Assembly (NCBI GenBank): GCA_964035545.1 | Contig: OZ037767.1 | Span: forward strand, 16,923,781 to 16,987,780 | DNA: 64,000 nt | DNA from: Bugula neritina | Lineage: Eukaryota; Animalia; Bryozoa | Direction: 5' to 3' | Shown: piece by piece, positions 12,685-22,636 of the stretch | How positions within the stretch are numbered: the first letter of the stretch is position 1 | How the letters are laid out: each line of letters begins with the position of its first letter | Position numbers and translations under genes: made by a program | The notes under the pieces: generated by a model | Database searches by the model: none | Seen by the model: the letters and a program-made list of their open reading frames with translations, nothing else | What the model was told of the DNA's origin: nothing

Positions 12685-15155
12685 TCTCCCGAACTTCTCA
12701 GTCCAAGTTGTTTGGTGGTAGACTGTTGTTGGTTGCAGTTTTCCCTGTGTAGTGTGTCTCATTGTGCAGGTGGAATACAATGTATCTCATCCATTGATGT
12801 CTCTGATTCTGTTGGCTTGTACAGCCGCTACTTCTACTTTTACTGCTACTACTATTACTACTGCGCACACTACTCAGTACACTAAGCCTGAGGATGACTG
12901 GATCATCAATAAAGAGCTGGACTCTACAAATACAGCAAACCTCTGAACGACGTGAATGGTTCATCTACTAAGGGTGGATGCGCCTCGTCCCGTAGTGATG
13001 CTGTGGTTTACCAGGCACATCAAGACGGTCATCTGATTACTGGTTCTTGAGAAATGATCAGATAGCTAGGTAGAGACACCAAACTCTGCAGCTGACCAAC
13101 ATTTCTCATTCTCTCCTCTTTCGGCACATTTTCTTTCGCTATTCAAACCTTTATGTCTTCTTTTCTCTAGTTGAATTTGACTGATGATCTATTGGTAAAG
13201 GTAAGCTTTTCTCTAAATTTTAAAACATAATTTTCTGTTTGTCTCTTTTTATAGAAACGCCACCTCTTACTGCTGATTACAAAACATGCATTTCGGTCAA
13301 TTGCAAGAATTACTAATTCACAGATATAAAGGGTTAAATACTAAAGCTTGATGTAAACCGCAATCCATTTTTCTTTCTTAACAGAAACAGGCCGACTATG
13401 CATATTTTATTAATAAATTATAGATTTTATTGTAGATTTATTTCGGAAGAATGAATATCACACTAAGGCTGGTGACCTCACATATTTGGCTGAGTTGAAT
13501 GAAGATTATTCTCTGGAATAGTTTCACACCTCAAGACTTTACAGAAGAAACAAACAAACCTTCTGTTGAGAACTTCTTTCTGTTATGCAAACGTCTGAAT
13601 ATTCATCACTCAAGATCACAATTGCACCTGAAATTCTGAATTTCAAGCTGACTGCAATACTGACTCAAGCTTGGCAGTGTTCAGGTAAGTTTTTTTTAAT
13701 ATTTCTTTTTTTTAATTATCTACATCGTGACTGAGTGAAATTTAGTTGAGATAGTTTTTTCTAATTTTTTTTTAGCCATAAATGATTACCAATATACTAA
13801 GTTCAATATTTATGCACACTTTTCATCATCATTACCTATTCTGTTATTGAATCTTGTAGATGATACAAACCCTTGTAAGGCTGGTAAAACACTTCCAGAT
13901 GTGTATTGGATGAGCTACATATTCTTCATTCTCTACTCTGTATGTTGACATTCACACATCTACATCTTAGTAAACTGAAGAGTAGTTTATTAGTGGATCT
14001 TCTTAGAACTCCTCTACAATAAATACTCAGCTGGACACACCATGTCTTTCACTGTTGGTCAGATGACTCCAAAACTCTACATAAAAGTGAGTCCTTCTTC
14101 TATATTCTCTTAGCATTTTGTTTCTTGACTTCCTATAATATCTGGTTAGACGGTCTCTCAGCATGTTTCTGTCAGTGTTTTTAAATGCATACTTTTTAAC
14201 CTTTCTCTCCTATCATGCATAGAACTTTCTTTTAAAGGTTGTTGATACAATTTTTAGAGATTAGTTTAATTTCTGCACCTAATAGACATATTAAATATTA
14301 TAGATGGTGATATCACTTGTTGGCTGGTACAATACTACATTGTTAGTGGATTCTCAACTCTGCATCTCTCCTGGATTTCAAGTAGACGAAGCAGTATTTT
14401 ACTTCTCAAAACATTTACTAGATTGCATTTCTCAATGAGCCAACAGAACATGTCTCCAATTCTTATGTTAGAATTTGGGGATGGAAGAATTTAGGCTGGT
14501 GTTGAGTCAGATGTGGATCATCTTACTAACATAGAACATTCTATTCCACTAGAGCAATGGTGAGTTTGTGAAATTCTTCTAAAGAACTGTGATCTGCTGT
14601 GAGGACAAACTTGTGTAAGCATTCAATGGCAATAGTTGACGTAATTCTTTCAAGAGTTAAAGTTGCTGTGGTAAATGATTATTATTATGTTATGATGGTT
14701 TTTGCAGAGTCTCTCACGGAATCTATGTTGAGGACAATATCACTTGTCTGACTGGTACAATCACTGATAGATGATGATTATAACAGCTGATGATTCCACT
14801 TTCTTCTCCTTATAACTGTCTGGATTCTATAAATAGACTGACACAGATATCTGCTGGTCTCAGAGTCTTTCCACTGACAACTCTATTCACAGTTTAACTT
14901 CTTCATATCTTGTTATAATATAGGTGAGTTTATGTAGTAGCAGATAAGGCACAATTTAATTTCTCTCATTTCCATTATCATTGCACAATGGTCAGGCTGT
15001 CTATAAGTTTGACTATGGAAATGTATTATAAATTCTATTAGAAACTCTTTACAGATATTTATATCTTGGGCAGGCACTTCAGTAATACAATATTAAGCTA
15101 GTTAGTATCAAACAGGTTTAAAAGTAGCTTATATAGTTTGAGTTGTCTACAGTAT

Positions 15156-15459
15156 TGTTATAATTTTCAGATTTAGGGTCGATGTGCTACCAAGAGAGTC
15201 TATTTATCATTAGAGAAACTTCACCAGTTAAGTCGAGTAGATATCGTTATATTTAATACAAGAATACATAATAAAAGTCCAATGTACAACAGTAATGATA
15301 CACACGTCTATTTAATTTACAGCACTATCCTCAACTGAGCTAGTAGCGCGAAGCGGCTACTATTACTTATAAACAGCTTAGCTAATTGGCTAATACATTG
15401 TTCCGGGTCAATACGCAACCTTGCGTATTGTGTTGCTGGTAGCTCCACGAGCCACCACA
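15156..15459 (-). repeat. 3' LTR of the Gypsy element
   Basis: TGTTATAATT...GCCACCACA; identical by eye to 22333-22636. Confidence 0.97.
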
Positions 15460-15470
15460 CTGCCCCCTCC
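15460..15470 (-). other. Polypurine tract (GGAGGGGGCAG)
   Basis: Purine-rich run on the minus strand immediately preceding the 3' LTR. Confidence 0.85.
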
Positions 15471-15728
15471 AGCAGAAAGCCCACTTTCTGATAAAATAAG
15501 ATTCACATAAAAAAACGTATACTTCGTTGGGGGATAAGAGAACAGCATAAAAGTATATATAAAAAAAAAACAACAACTGGTAAAAAAAATATACAGGTAT
15601 ATATATCGTGCACTAAGTATAAGCAAGAGAAGGTCCTATCTACATAGAGAGTACGTGCCACCATTACGGTAGGGAATGCCACAGAGAGGTAGGGGAATGA
15701 GTAGTAGGGAGTGGTAGGTAGACTCGAG

Positions 15729-16802
15729 TTAATTGCGGGCCGCACGCTTCATGCGTTTAATCGACTCCTGTAAGTATCTGAGTTCACTGGAGGCTGCCTG
15801 TATTCGTGGGGCCAGCCTGTAGACTTCTTGCTCCAAGTCATGCGCCCTAGCTTCTACCTCACGTAGGTTACGGGCCCAGGGGGACGAGCGAGAGGAAGTT
15901 GGTTGCCTGTGTCGTTTCCGCTCTGAGGATGGAATAGGAGGAGGGAGTGTATACGCATTTGTGTCTACTCTCTGTAGTACGACACGAGGAAAGGTATGCG
16001 GCATGCGTATAGGACTGTGAGGTGGAGAGTTAGCAGACTGTGTAGGTTTATCTGTGGCTCCAGAGATGATAGGTCGCGGGGAAGGGAAGCCTTGCTCCAG
16101 GCGAGATAGCCGAGCTGAGTCAGTGATGAGTGGTTTAATGGCGTTGAGAAAGGCAGGATAGGATGATTCGTCTACTTCATAGACATGTCCTTGATAGCAC
16201 TGCATAGTACGTTGGTGCCGCAGCAGGTAATCACGGTTATAGCTATATTCGCCGCAAGGGCAGAAAGTGGTGATGTAATGCTGCGGCAAGTGCACCTTTA
16301 GTCTGCGGTGGGTTGTGAATCGCTGCTGGCAGAGGTTGCATTCACGATTACTCTCACCTCCTTGGTGGGTCCTGATTTCCCTCTCTGTGGCAGGGGTAAT
16401 CCAGTTGGAGGTTGCTTCCAACTGAGGTGGCAGTTGCCTGGTGGTAGGAGTTGTTGGGGCCGGCTCTGGGTCCCACGCCATCTCTAGAGAAGGCATGCCC
16501 GTAGAGACGGGCGCGAGTGTGTCTACAAAAGTAGAATTATTGTTAGATCGCGGTGGATCTTTACAACATAATTCTAGTGACTGTCGACCGTTGCTAGCCT
16601 GAGAGTCACAGCTTTTGGAATGCACTCGAGGAACTGATGAATCATGTGTGGACTGACCAAGAACAGTGTCTAGCTCCAGGTCTAACAGACCGTCGGCCAT
16701 TACAGTGTCTTCATCGTCATTCACATGAAACGTGGTTCCCAGTAATTCTGATTCAATCTGCTGAATTAGTTCAGAATTTACTGGCATCGAGCCCGTTTCC
16801 AT
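15729..16802 (-). CDS. Retrotransposon ORF3, 357 aa: acidic/disordered N-terminus, tandem C2H2-type zinc fingers, C-terminal coiled coil; not env-like
   Basis: Intact ATG-TAA ORF starting 17 nt after the pol stop. Motifs CNLCQQRFTTHRRLKVHLPQH and CPCGEYSYNRDYLLRHQRTMQC, plus heptad tail LREVEARAHDLEQEVYRLAPRIQAASSELRYLQESIKRM. No signal peptide or TM segment is visible. Confidence 0.85.
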   Translation of the reverse strand: METGSMPVNSELIQQIESELLGTTFHVNDDEDTVMADGLLDLELDTVLGQSTHDSSVPRVHSKSCDSQASNGRQSLELCCKDPPRSNNNSTFVDTLAPVSTGMPSLEMAWDPEPAPTTPTTRQLPPQLEATSNWITPATEREIRTHQGGESNRECNLCQQRFTTHRRLKVHLPQHYITTFCPCGEYSYNRDYLLRHQRTMQCYQGHVYEVDESSYPAFLNAIKPLITDSARLSRLEQGFPSPRPIISGATDKPTQSANSPPHSPIRMPHTFPRVVLQRVDTNAYTLPPPIPSSERKRHRQPTSSRSSPWARNLREVEARAHDLEQEVYRLAPRIQAASSELRYLQESIKRMKRAARN

Positions 16803-16819
16803 GAATAGGAATACAAGAC

Positions 16820-19800
16820 TTATACTGGCTTACCTGGGAACTCGGTATTAATGTCCATACTCAACGTTCTTGGTAAGGTTGGAGCTGGTTGTGAGATACG
16901 TCTGCCTTTGGCGATGTCAGCATAAGAAAAGGCTGAGCATCGTTTCTGAGGCACGAGGTCGGAACTATTTGCTTTACGCGCATTAATTCCTCCCACTATT
17001 CCGCCCTCGCAAAAGTTGATATTTGCGTGGGGTTCACAACTCCAACATTTCATCGTACGGTTTTCCCCTAGACTTTCATGTGCGCCGCTTCTAATGCAGT
17101 CACATATGAAGTCTTTCAAATACGGTGGGGGCTTCCTCGTACGCTGTCCCCTTTCTAGGGGGGGTGACACGCTTGCCGGCTCGTGAGTAGGGGCCTCTAA
17201 CGGCGTCTCTACTAACGGCTCGTTAGTAGGGGCCTCTAACGGCGTCTCTACTTCACCGTTAGTGGTCACCTCTTCTTGTTCTCCGGATGGAGCCCCTCCC
17301 TCCGTGGGGGTTTGCACTTCTGGAACCGGCTCGGTTTCTGGAAGTGATGGAATTTGACTTGGCGGTGGCGGACACGCTTCCGTTGACAAAAGCTGCCGCT
17401 TCTCTCTCACCAAGTTTTCTTCCCGCGGTATGACCACTTCGTATTCAGGTCCATGCCGCCGTCGCCCGCGCGTCGTTGTCTGCCTCCTGGGCTCTAACAA
17501 CGGGGGGGCTTCTCCCACTCCGTCAGGGCTAGCCCAATACGGTTTCAAGCGAGACTCATTCTGGATAGACACCTGTCCTGAGCGCTCAATCTTGTACGTA
17601 TGATTGGGCATAGCCTCGACGACCACGTAGGGGCCTACGAACTTAGGCTTCAGCTTATCAGCCTGTCCGCGGCGCCTACGGTAATTGACCATCCACACCT
17701 TATCTCCCCTTTGATAGAGAGGGGGTTCATCGGATTCTTCGTGCCGCACCTTCCACTGCTGTTGACGCAGTATATCGTGTGCGGCCTTCATCCGTTCCAC
17801 TAGTTCACTGGCATACTCGTTAACCGAGTTGTCTTGCTCTGGAACGTGATAGGTGAGATGGTCAGGGACACGAGTCTCTCTCCCGAGCATCAAGAGGTTT
17901 GGGGTCTCACCAGTACTGGTGTGTGGGGTGCTACGATATGCACGCATGACTTGCGGCAACACCGTATCCCATTCCTCTTGACCTCGTCCAAGGAGGAGAC
18001 TCCGGAGCGCATCACCTAGCATCCGGTTGTTGCGCTCCACCACCCCGTTACCTTGAGGGTGGTAGGGGGTGGTCCTGCTCTGATTTACTCCCCAGAGGTG
18101 GCAAAGGTCGCTCATCAGTTGAGACTGGAATTGAGCGCCTTGATCAGAGTGTATCTGTTCGGGAAGCCCAAAATAACAGAATACATGTTGGTCTAGTGCC
18201 CTGGCCACTGTTGGGGCTGATGCATCTGGGATGGCCAGAGCATCCGCCCACCTAGTAAAGTGGTCGGTTAGTACTAGGATCCAATTATTGCCTCTGGGGG
18301 TCAGGGGCATGGGTCCGACCAGGTCTACAGCGACTACTTGCCAGGGCCTACCAGCATATAGCCTCCGCCGTCCTGCTTCACCAGGGGGGCGGCTATGTTT
18401 ACTGGCCTGGCAGATCTCACACTGTTTGACTCTGAGCCGAACGTCACGCTCCATTTGCGGCCAATACCACCGGAGTCGTAATTTGGATATCACTCTCTTG
18501 ACCCCTGCGTGGGCCTGCTTGTGAGTATCCCAAATCAACTCACGGCGGATGGCCGTGGGGCAGATTACCCTCTTCCTTTCTGGGTGCCTACCGCTGGCAG
18601 CTAGAGAGATGGTTAGCAACCCATCCTGCCCGATCCGCAGCGAGTCCCAACGCTGACAGTATAGCCGGAATTCGGCGCATCCCTGTCGTATGCGTTCCTC
18701 GCTAGGTCGTCGCCCTTCCCTTTTGGCCCGGTATATGTCTGCCACGACTCCAGGCAGCTCTTCTTGGAGCTTCTTCAGCTCCCGAACATTACCGGCCAGT
18801 ACAGGGTTGGCGCGGAGGTTTTGTACATCCTCCGGGGGCTCATCAACTCTTTGCTTGAGTTGACCTTGATCCCAGTCAAACGGTGCTCCGTGATGAGCCA
18901 GCGTCTCCAACTCGCATCGTGGGGGACCTCCATCCCTCCTCTCGATGTTGAGACACTGTTTGCAACCTCCGTCAGGTCGGCGGCTCAACCCATCCGCATT
19001 GCTGTGTCTCTTGCCCGGTCGGTGTTCGATCCGGTACGAGAATTCAGCTAGGATTTCGAGCCACCGGGCGACCTGACTAGAGGGCTCTGCTCTCCTGCAC
19101 AACCAGATCAGCGAGGCATGATCCGTACGCAGCCGGAACTTCCTGCCATATAGGTATGGTCTGAAGTGCTTCACTGACTTGATTACTGCCAGCAGCTCCT
19201 TGCGGGTAGTGCAGTAATTTCGTTCAGCGGGAGAGAGAGACTTGCTGTAGTAGGCTACTACTACTTCTCGGCCTTCCTGCACTTGTGACAGCACAGCGCC
19301 AACATTCTGGTCACTGGCGTCCGTGTCTAGGATGTACTCCAGAGTGGGGTCTGGGTAGGCCAAGATGGGCGCCGTTAGGAGGCAGCCCTTGAGGCGGTCG
19401 AACGCTTCTTGTTCGACTGGAGTCCACTGCCACGTCACTCCCTTTGCGGTAAGCCGGTTTAACGGCTGGGCTATGCCCGCAAAGTCTGGTATGTATTGCC
19501 TGTAATACCCTACCAGCCCCAAGAAAGCCCGGAGTCCGGTCAAGTCTTGAGGGGTGACCCAGTCTTCTACTGCCCGTACCTTTTCGGGATCCGTTGCCAC
19601 GCCGTTTCGACCGACAACGTGCCCCAGGTACTTGACCTCCGGCTGCAACAGAGCGCACTTGGAAGGTTTGAGCTTAAGACCGGCACCTCGGAGTCTCTCG
19701 AAAACCTCCTGCAGACGACTGACATGTGTCTCGAAGTCTGGAGAGATTACGATGACATCATCGAGGTAGACCAGCAGTGTCTTCCAATGGAGTCCGCTAA

Positions 19801-21133
19801 GGACTTGTTCCATCAGCCTCTGGAAGGTGGCTGGGGCGGAGGTTAACCCGAAGGGCAGCACCTTCCACTTCCACAAACCGTCCCGTGTGATAAACGCCGC
19901 TTTCTCTTGGGCGTCGGGACTCAGAGGAACCTGCCAATAGCCGCTTAGCAAGTCTAACGTACTGAAGTACTTGCTGCCGGCTAGGGCGTCCAATGACTCG
20001 TCAATACGAGGTAGAGGGTAGGCGTCCTGTATGGTTACGCTATTGAGTTTGCGGTAATCCACACAGAACCGCCAACTGCCGTCTTTCTTCCGGACCAGTA
20101 CGACTGGCGAGCTCCACGCACTGTGGGCGGGCTCTATCAGTCCCCGGTCCAGAAGATCCCGTACTTGTCGGCTAACCTCCTTCTCTTTCTCCGGCCCCAG
20201 CCTGCGCGTGGGCTGCCGAACAGGGACTGTCCCTGCAGTCAGCGGTATTTCGTGTCTGACAATTCCAGTCAGTCCCACGTCATTCTCTCCGCTGCTGAAC
20301 ACATCACCGTAGTCGCGTAGTAACTTGGCCATAGCTTGGCGTTCTCTGTTACTCGCGCAGCCGCCACTGGCTGTTTCGTATAACTCCCGGAGATGTGTTG
20401 GGACTGCCCCTCGTCCCTGAATAGGGTGTCGAGGGGGTGCCTCCGTCGCGTCACCCAGCGACGGGCCCACGTCCTCTTCCTGGACGGAATGGAACCGGCC
20501 CAGCATTGACCCAGCTGGGAGCTCAATGGGCTCGGTAAAGGGGTTGACGCACTGCACTAAGACCTCCCCTCGCTCAGTTAGTCGGTTTAAACTACTGGCG
20601 AGTTGGATCTTTTCGTGCGCGCTTTCAACGACCCCGAGCCTGGCTATCCGGTTACTGTTCACTCGGCAGTGGATAGTAGCTCTGGAGCGTCCGGGTACGG
20701 TGCAGTTCCGAACTACCTGAACACCGCCCACCAGGGGACGCCCAAACTTATCCACACAGGCGAGTTCTCGCCCGCCCATCAGCACCACCGACTTACTGAA
20801 ATCTATTCGGCACTGGTGCTGCTTCAAGAAGGGCATTCCGAGGATAGCATCTTCTTCCAGTTGACCTATGATAAAGGTCTCCTGTACAGCCTGATCTCGG
20901 ACACGCCCAGGGAGCTCGATAATACCATAGAAGGGGATACATGACCCGTCTGCCAGGGTGCCATGTTCTCCAGTATACGGTCGTACTCTATCCCTGTCCC
21001 GGCGGGGCAGTGCCTCAAAGACTCTACGACTGAGAAGGTTGGTAGTACAACCGGAGTCGAGCAGGAAAGTGACGGCATTGCCGGCCACCTTTCCGGGTAG
21101 GAAGTAGCTCTCTCCATGTGGTTGTACTTTCAC
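16820..21133 (-). CDS. pol: Gypsy Pol polyprotein (protease, reverse transcriptase, RNase H, integrase)
   Basis: PR FLLDSG; RT LPFGL...YLDD; RH DTDAS/ELLA/TDH/NADGLSR; IN HKQAH...CEIC, VDLVG/HSDQG/VERNN and GPY motif; uninterrupted 1437 codons in the -1 frame relative to gag. Confidence 0.98.
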   Translation of the reverse strand: MKVQPHGESYFLPGKVAGNAVTFLLDSGCTTNLLSRRVFEALPRRDRDRVRPYTGEHGTLADGSCIPFYGIIELPGRVRDQAVQETFIIGQLEEDAILGMPFLKQHQCRIDFSKSVVLMGGRELACVDKFGRPLVGGVQVVRNCTVPGRSRATIHCRVNSNRIARLGVVESAHEKIQLASSLNRLTERGEVLVQCVNPFTEPIELPAGSMLGRFHSVQEEDVGPSLGDATEAPPRHPIQGRGAVPTHLRELYETASGGCASNRERQAMAKLLRDYGDVFSSGENDVGLTGIVRHEIPLTAGTVPVRQPTRRLGPEKEKEVSRQVRDLLDRGLIEPAHSAWSSPVVLVRKKDGSWRFCVDYRKLNSVTIQDAYPLPRIDESLDALAGSKYFSTLDLLSGYWQVPLSPDAQEKAAFITRDGLWKWKVLPFGLTSAPATFQRLMEQVLSGLHWKTLLVYLDDVIVISPDFETHVSRLQEVFERLRGAGLKLKPSKCALLQPEVKYLGHVVGRNGVATDPEKVRAVEDWVTPQDLTGLRAFLGLVGYYRQYIPDFAGIAQPLNRLTAKGVTWQWTPVEQEAFDRLKGCLLTAPILAYPDPTLEYILDTDASDQNVGAVLSQVQEGREVVVAYYSKSLSPAERNYCTTRKELLAVIKSVKHFRPYLYGRKFRLRTDHASLIWLCRRAEPSSQVARWLEILAEFSYRIEHRPGKRHSNADGLSRRPDGGCKQCLNIERRDGGPPRCELETLAHHGAPFDWDQGQLKQRVDEPPEDVQNLRANPVLAGNVRELKKLQEELPGVVADIYRAKREGRRPSEERIRQGCAEFRLYCQRWDSLRIGQDGLLTISLAASGRHPERKRVICPTAIRRELIWDTHKQAHAGVKRVISKLRLRWYWPQMERDVRLRVKQCEICQASKHSRPPGEAGRRRLYAGRPWQVVAVDLVGPMPLTPRGNNWILVLTDHFTRWADALAIPDASAPTVARALDQHVFCYFGLPEQIHSDQGAQFQSQLMSDLCHLWGVNQSRTTPYHPQGNGVVERNNRMLGDALRSLLLGRGQEEWDTVLPQVMRAYRSTPHTSTGETPNLLMLGRETRVPDHLTYHVPEQDNSVNEYASELVERMKAAHDILRQQQWKVRHEESDEPPLYQRGDKVWMVNYRRRRGQADKLKPKFVGPYVVVEAMPNHTYKIERSGQVSIQNESRLKPYWASPDGVGEAPPLLEPRRQTTTRGRRRHGPEYEVVIPREENLVREKRQLLSTEACPPPPSQIPSLPETEPVPEVQTPTEGGAPSGEQEEVTTNGEVETPLEAPTNEPLVETPLEAPTHEPASVSPPLERGQRTRKPPPYLKDFICDCIRSGAHESLGENRTMKCWSCEPHANINFCEGGIVGGINARKANSSDLVPQKRCSAFSYADIAKGRRISQPAPTLPRTLSMDINTEFPGKPV

Positions 21134-22299
21134 CCCCCCGCATGTGCTGTCCTGGTCTGACAGGACGGCGGGGGTTTCACCCGTGGTTTACGGGGCTTCC
21201 GGCGGCGAGGTTGGTGCCGGCGGGGTTTGGGCCTCTCCACTGGGCCTTCTGGCTCCATTTCAGTGGCGGGCTCCTCTTCCCGAGGTAACCGGTGAAACCG
21301 GTTAGCGAGTGGCAGGGAGAAGGTACTGGGCCGTTGTGCGGGCCTACTAGTCCTGCGTGGTACCTGCCACTCGGGTGGAATGTTCCGCCGTGTCCGTACG
21401 GACAGACGACGGCGCGTTCCACCATACTCCTTTAGTTGCGGCCCGCGGGGAGGGAGTGTGTCCGCGGGCCGTGACAGTTTAACGCCCCCCTGGTATTGGG
21501 GTCGTCCTCTCTGTCCCTGGTCCTGATCAGTGCTACTCCAGCCCTGCCCCACAGATGTTGGGGGCATCCGTAAGGCCTGACCGGGGCCAGCACCGGCCAG
21601 AATGGTTACCAATTGTCCCAGCATCTCTATCATGCGGTCCACTTCGGCTTCCAGCGGGAGGGCTTCGGAGCCTGTCGTAGCCCTGGCAGCGCTGACTCCA
21701 ACTACTGGGGGGTTCCTTTGTGCTCGATGCATTTGGGTAGCCAACAGGTAAGCTTCTCCAGCCTTCAGGGCATCCTCTATTCTGGTTATCCCTTTAGCTC
21801 GTAGGTGATGGTCTAGGCCCAGGTCGTTTAGGGACTGGACAAAGGCGTCATAGGTGTAACGCTCTTGGTGTTGTGCTGGCAGATCGCTATATGCAATCTG
21901 CGCCAGCTTCTTCACCGTCGCGGCATGTTCTTGCAGCGAGGTCCGCGGGGTGCGGCACAATCTCTCCAGCTTGGTCCTAGCGTCTATGACGGAGGTGCCA
22001 AAACGGGCCCGCAGCGCAGCCAGTATGCCGTCTACGTCCGTTCCCACTCCGTACGGCTTGGCTTGCTCCGTCACCGCTCTCCGCAATTGAATGAGGGCCA
22101 CTCTATGCGGCCATTGAGCAGCTTCCATTACCTCTCTAAATTCTTGTACAAATTGTTCGACATCTTCCGACCCAGTAAAGGTGGGAGCTTTCAAGCAATG
22201 TCTATAAGCTTCTTCTCCTTCACGATTCACAGGATTAACAGCATTTCTACGCTCACCTTCTACTGGGGGTGGTTGCATTCTAGCATTTTCAGTCTCCAT
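21130..22299 (-). CDS. gag: Gypsy Gag, 389 aa
   Basis: ATG 15 nt after the PBS; capsid-like N-terminus (APTFTGSEDVEQFVQEF...W...LRARFG) and basic Pro/Arg tail; no CCHC knuckle visible. Confidence 0.9.
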   Translation of the reverse strand: METENARMQPPPVEGERRNAVNPVNREGEEAYRHCLKAPTFTGSEDVEQFVQEFREVMEAAQWPHRVALIQLRRAVTEQAKPYGVGTDVDGILAALRARFGTSVIDARTKLERLCRTPRTSLQEHAATVKKLAQIAYSDLPAQHQERYTYDAFVQSLNDLGLDHHLRAKGITRIEDALKAGEAYLLATQMHRAQRNPPVVGVSAARATTGSEALPLEAEVDRMIEMLGQLVTILAGAGPGQALRMPPTSVGQGWSSTDQDQGQRGRPQYQGGVKLSRPADTLPPRGPQLKEYGGTRRRLSVRTRRNIPPEWQVPRRTSRPAQRPSTFSLPLANRFHRLPREEEPATEMEPEGPVERPKPRRHQPRRRKPRKPRVKPPPSCQTRTAHAGG

Positions 22300-22313
22300 C
22301 TTTGATATACACT

Positions 22314-22331
22314 ATCCCACCGCTGCCACCA
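22314..22331 (-). other. Primer-binding site complementary to tRNA-Leu 3' end
   Basis: TGGTGGCAGCGGTGGGAT, 1 nt inside the 5' LTR; complement of ...ATCCCACCGCTGCCACCA, the 3' end of animal tRNA-Leu(AAG/TAG). Confidence 0.88.
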
Positions 22332-22332
22332 C

Positions 22333-22636
22333 TGTTATAATTTTCAGATTTAGGGTCGATGTGCTACCAAGAGAGTCTATTTATCATTAGAGAAACTTCA
22401 CCAGTTAAGTCGAGTAGATATCGTTATATTTAATACAAGAATACATAATAAAAGTCCAATGTACAACAGTAATGATACACACGTCTATTTAATTTACAGC
22501 ACTATCCTCAACTGAGCTAGTAGCGCGAAGCGGCTACTATTACTTATAAACAGCTTAGCTAATTGGCTAATACATTGTTCCGGGTCAATACGCAACCTTG
22601 CGTATTGTGTTGCTGGTAGCTCCACGAGCCACCACA
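22333..22636 (-). repeat. 5' LTR of the Gypsy element
   Basis: 304 bp, TG...CA, identical by eye to 15156-15459. Confidence 0.97.

Larger units (their letters stand above)
15156..22636 (-). mobile_element. Full-length Ty3/Gypsy LTR retrotransposon (7481 bp): LTR-gag-pol-ORF3-LTR
   Basis: Two 304-bp TG...CA LTRs, PBS, PPT, gag, and pol with PR-RT-RH-IN order (Gypsy); 4-bp flanks GTAT/CTAT. Confidence 0.98.

Noticed and set aside
15729-16802. ORF3 as an envelope gene
   Set aside because: No signal peptide, fusion peptide or TM anchor; zinc-finger motifs instead.
17600-22305. Short + strand and alternative-frame ORFs within gag-pol
   Set aside because: Expected by chance in GC-rich coding DNA; no recognisable motifs.
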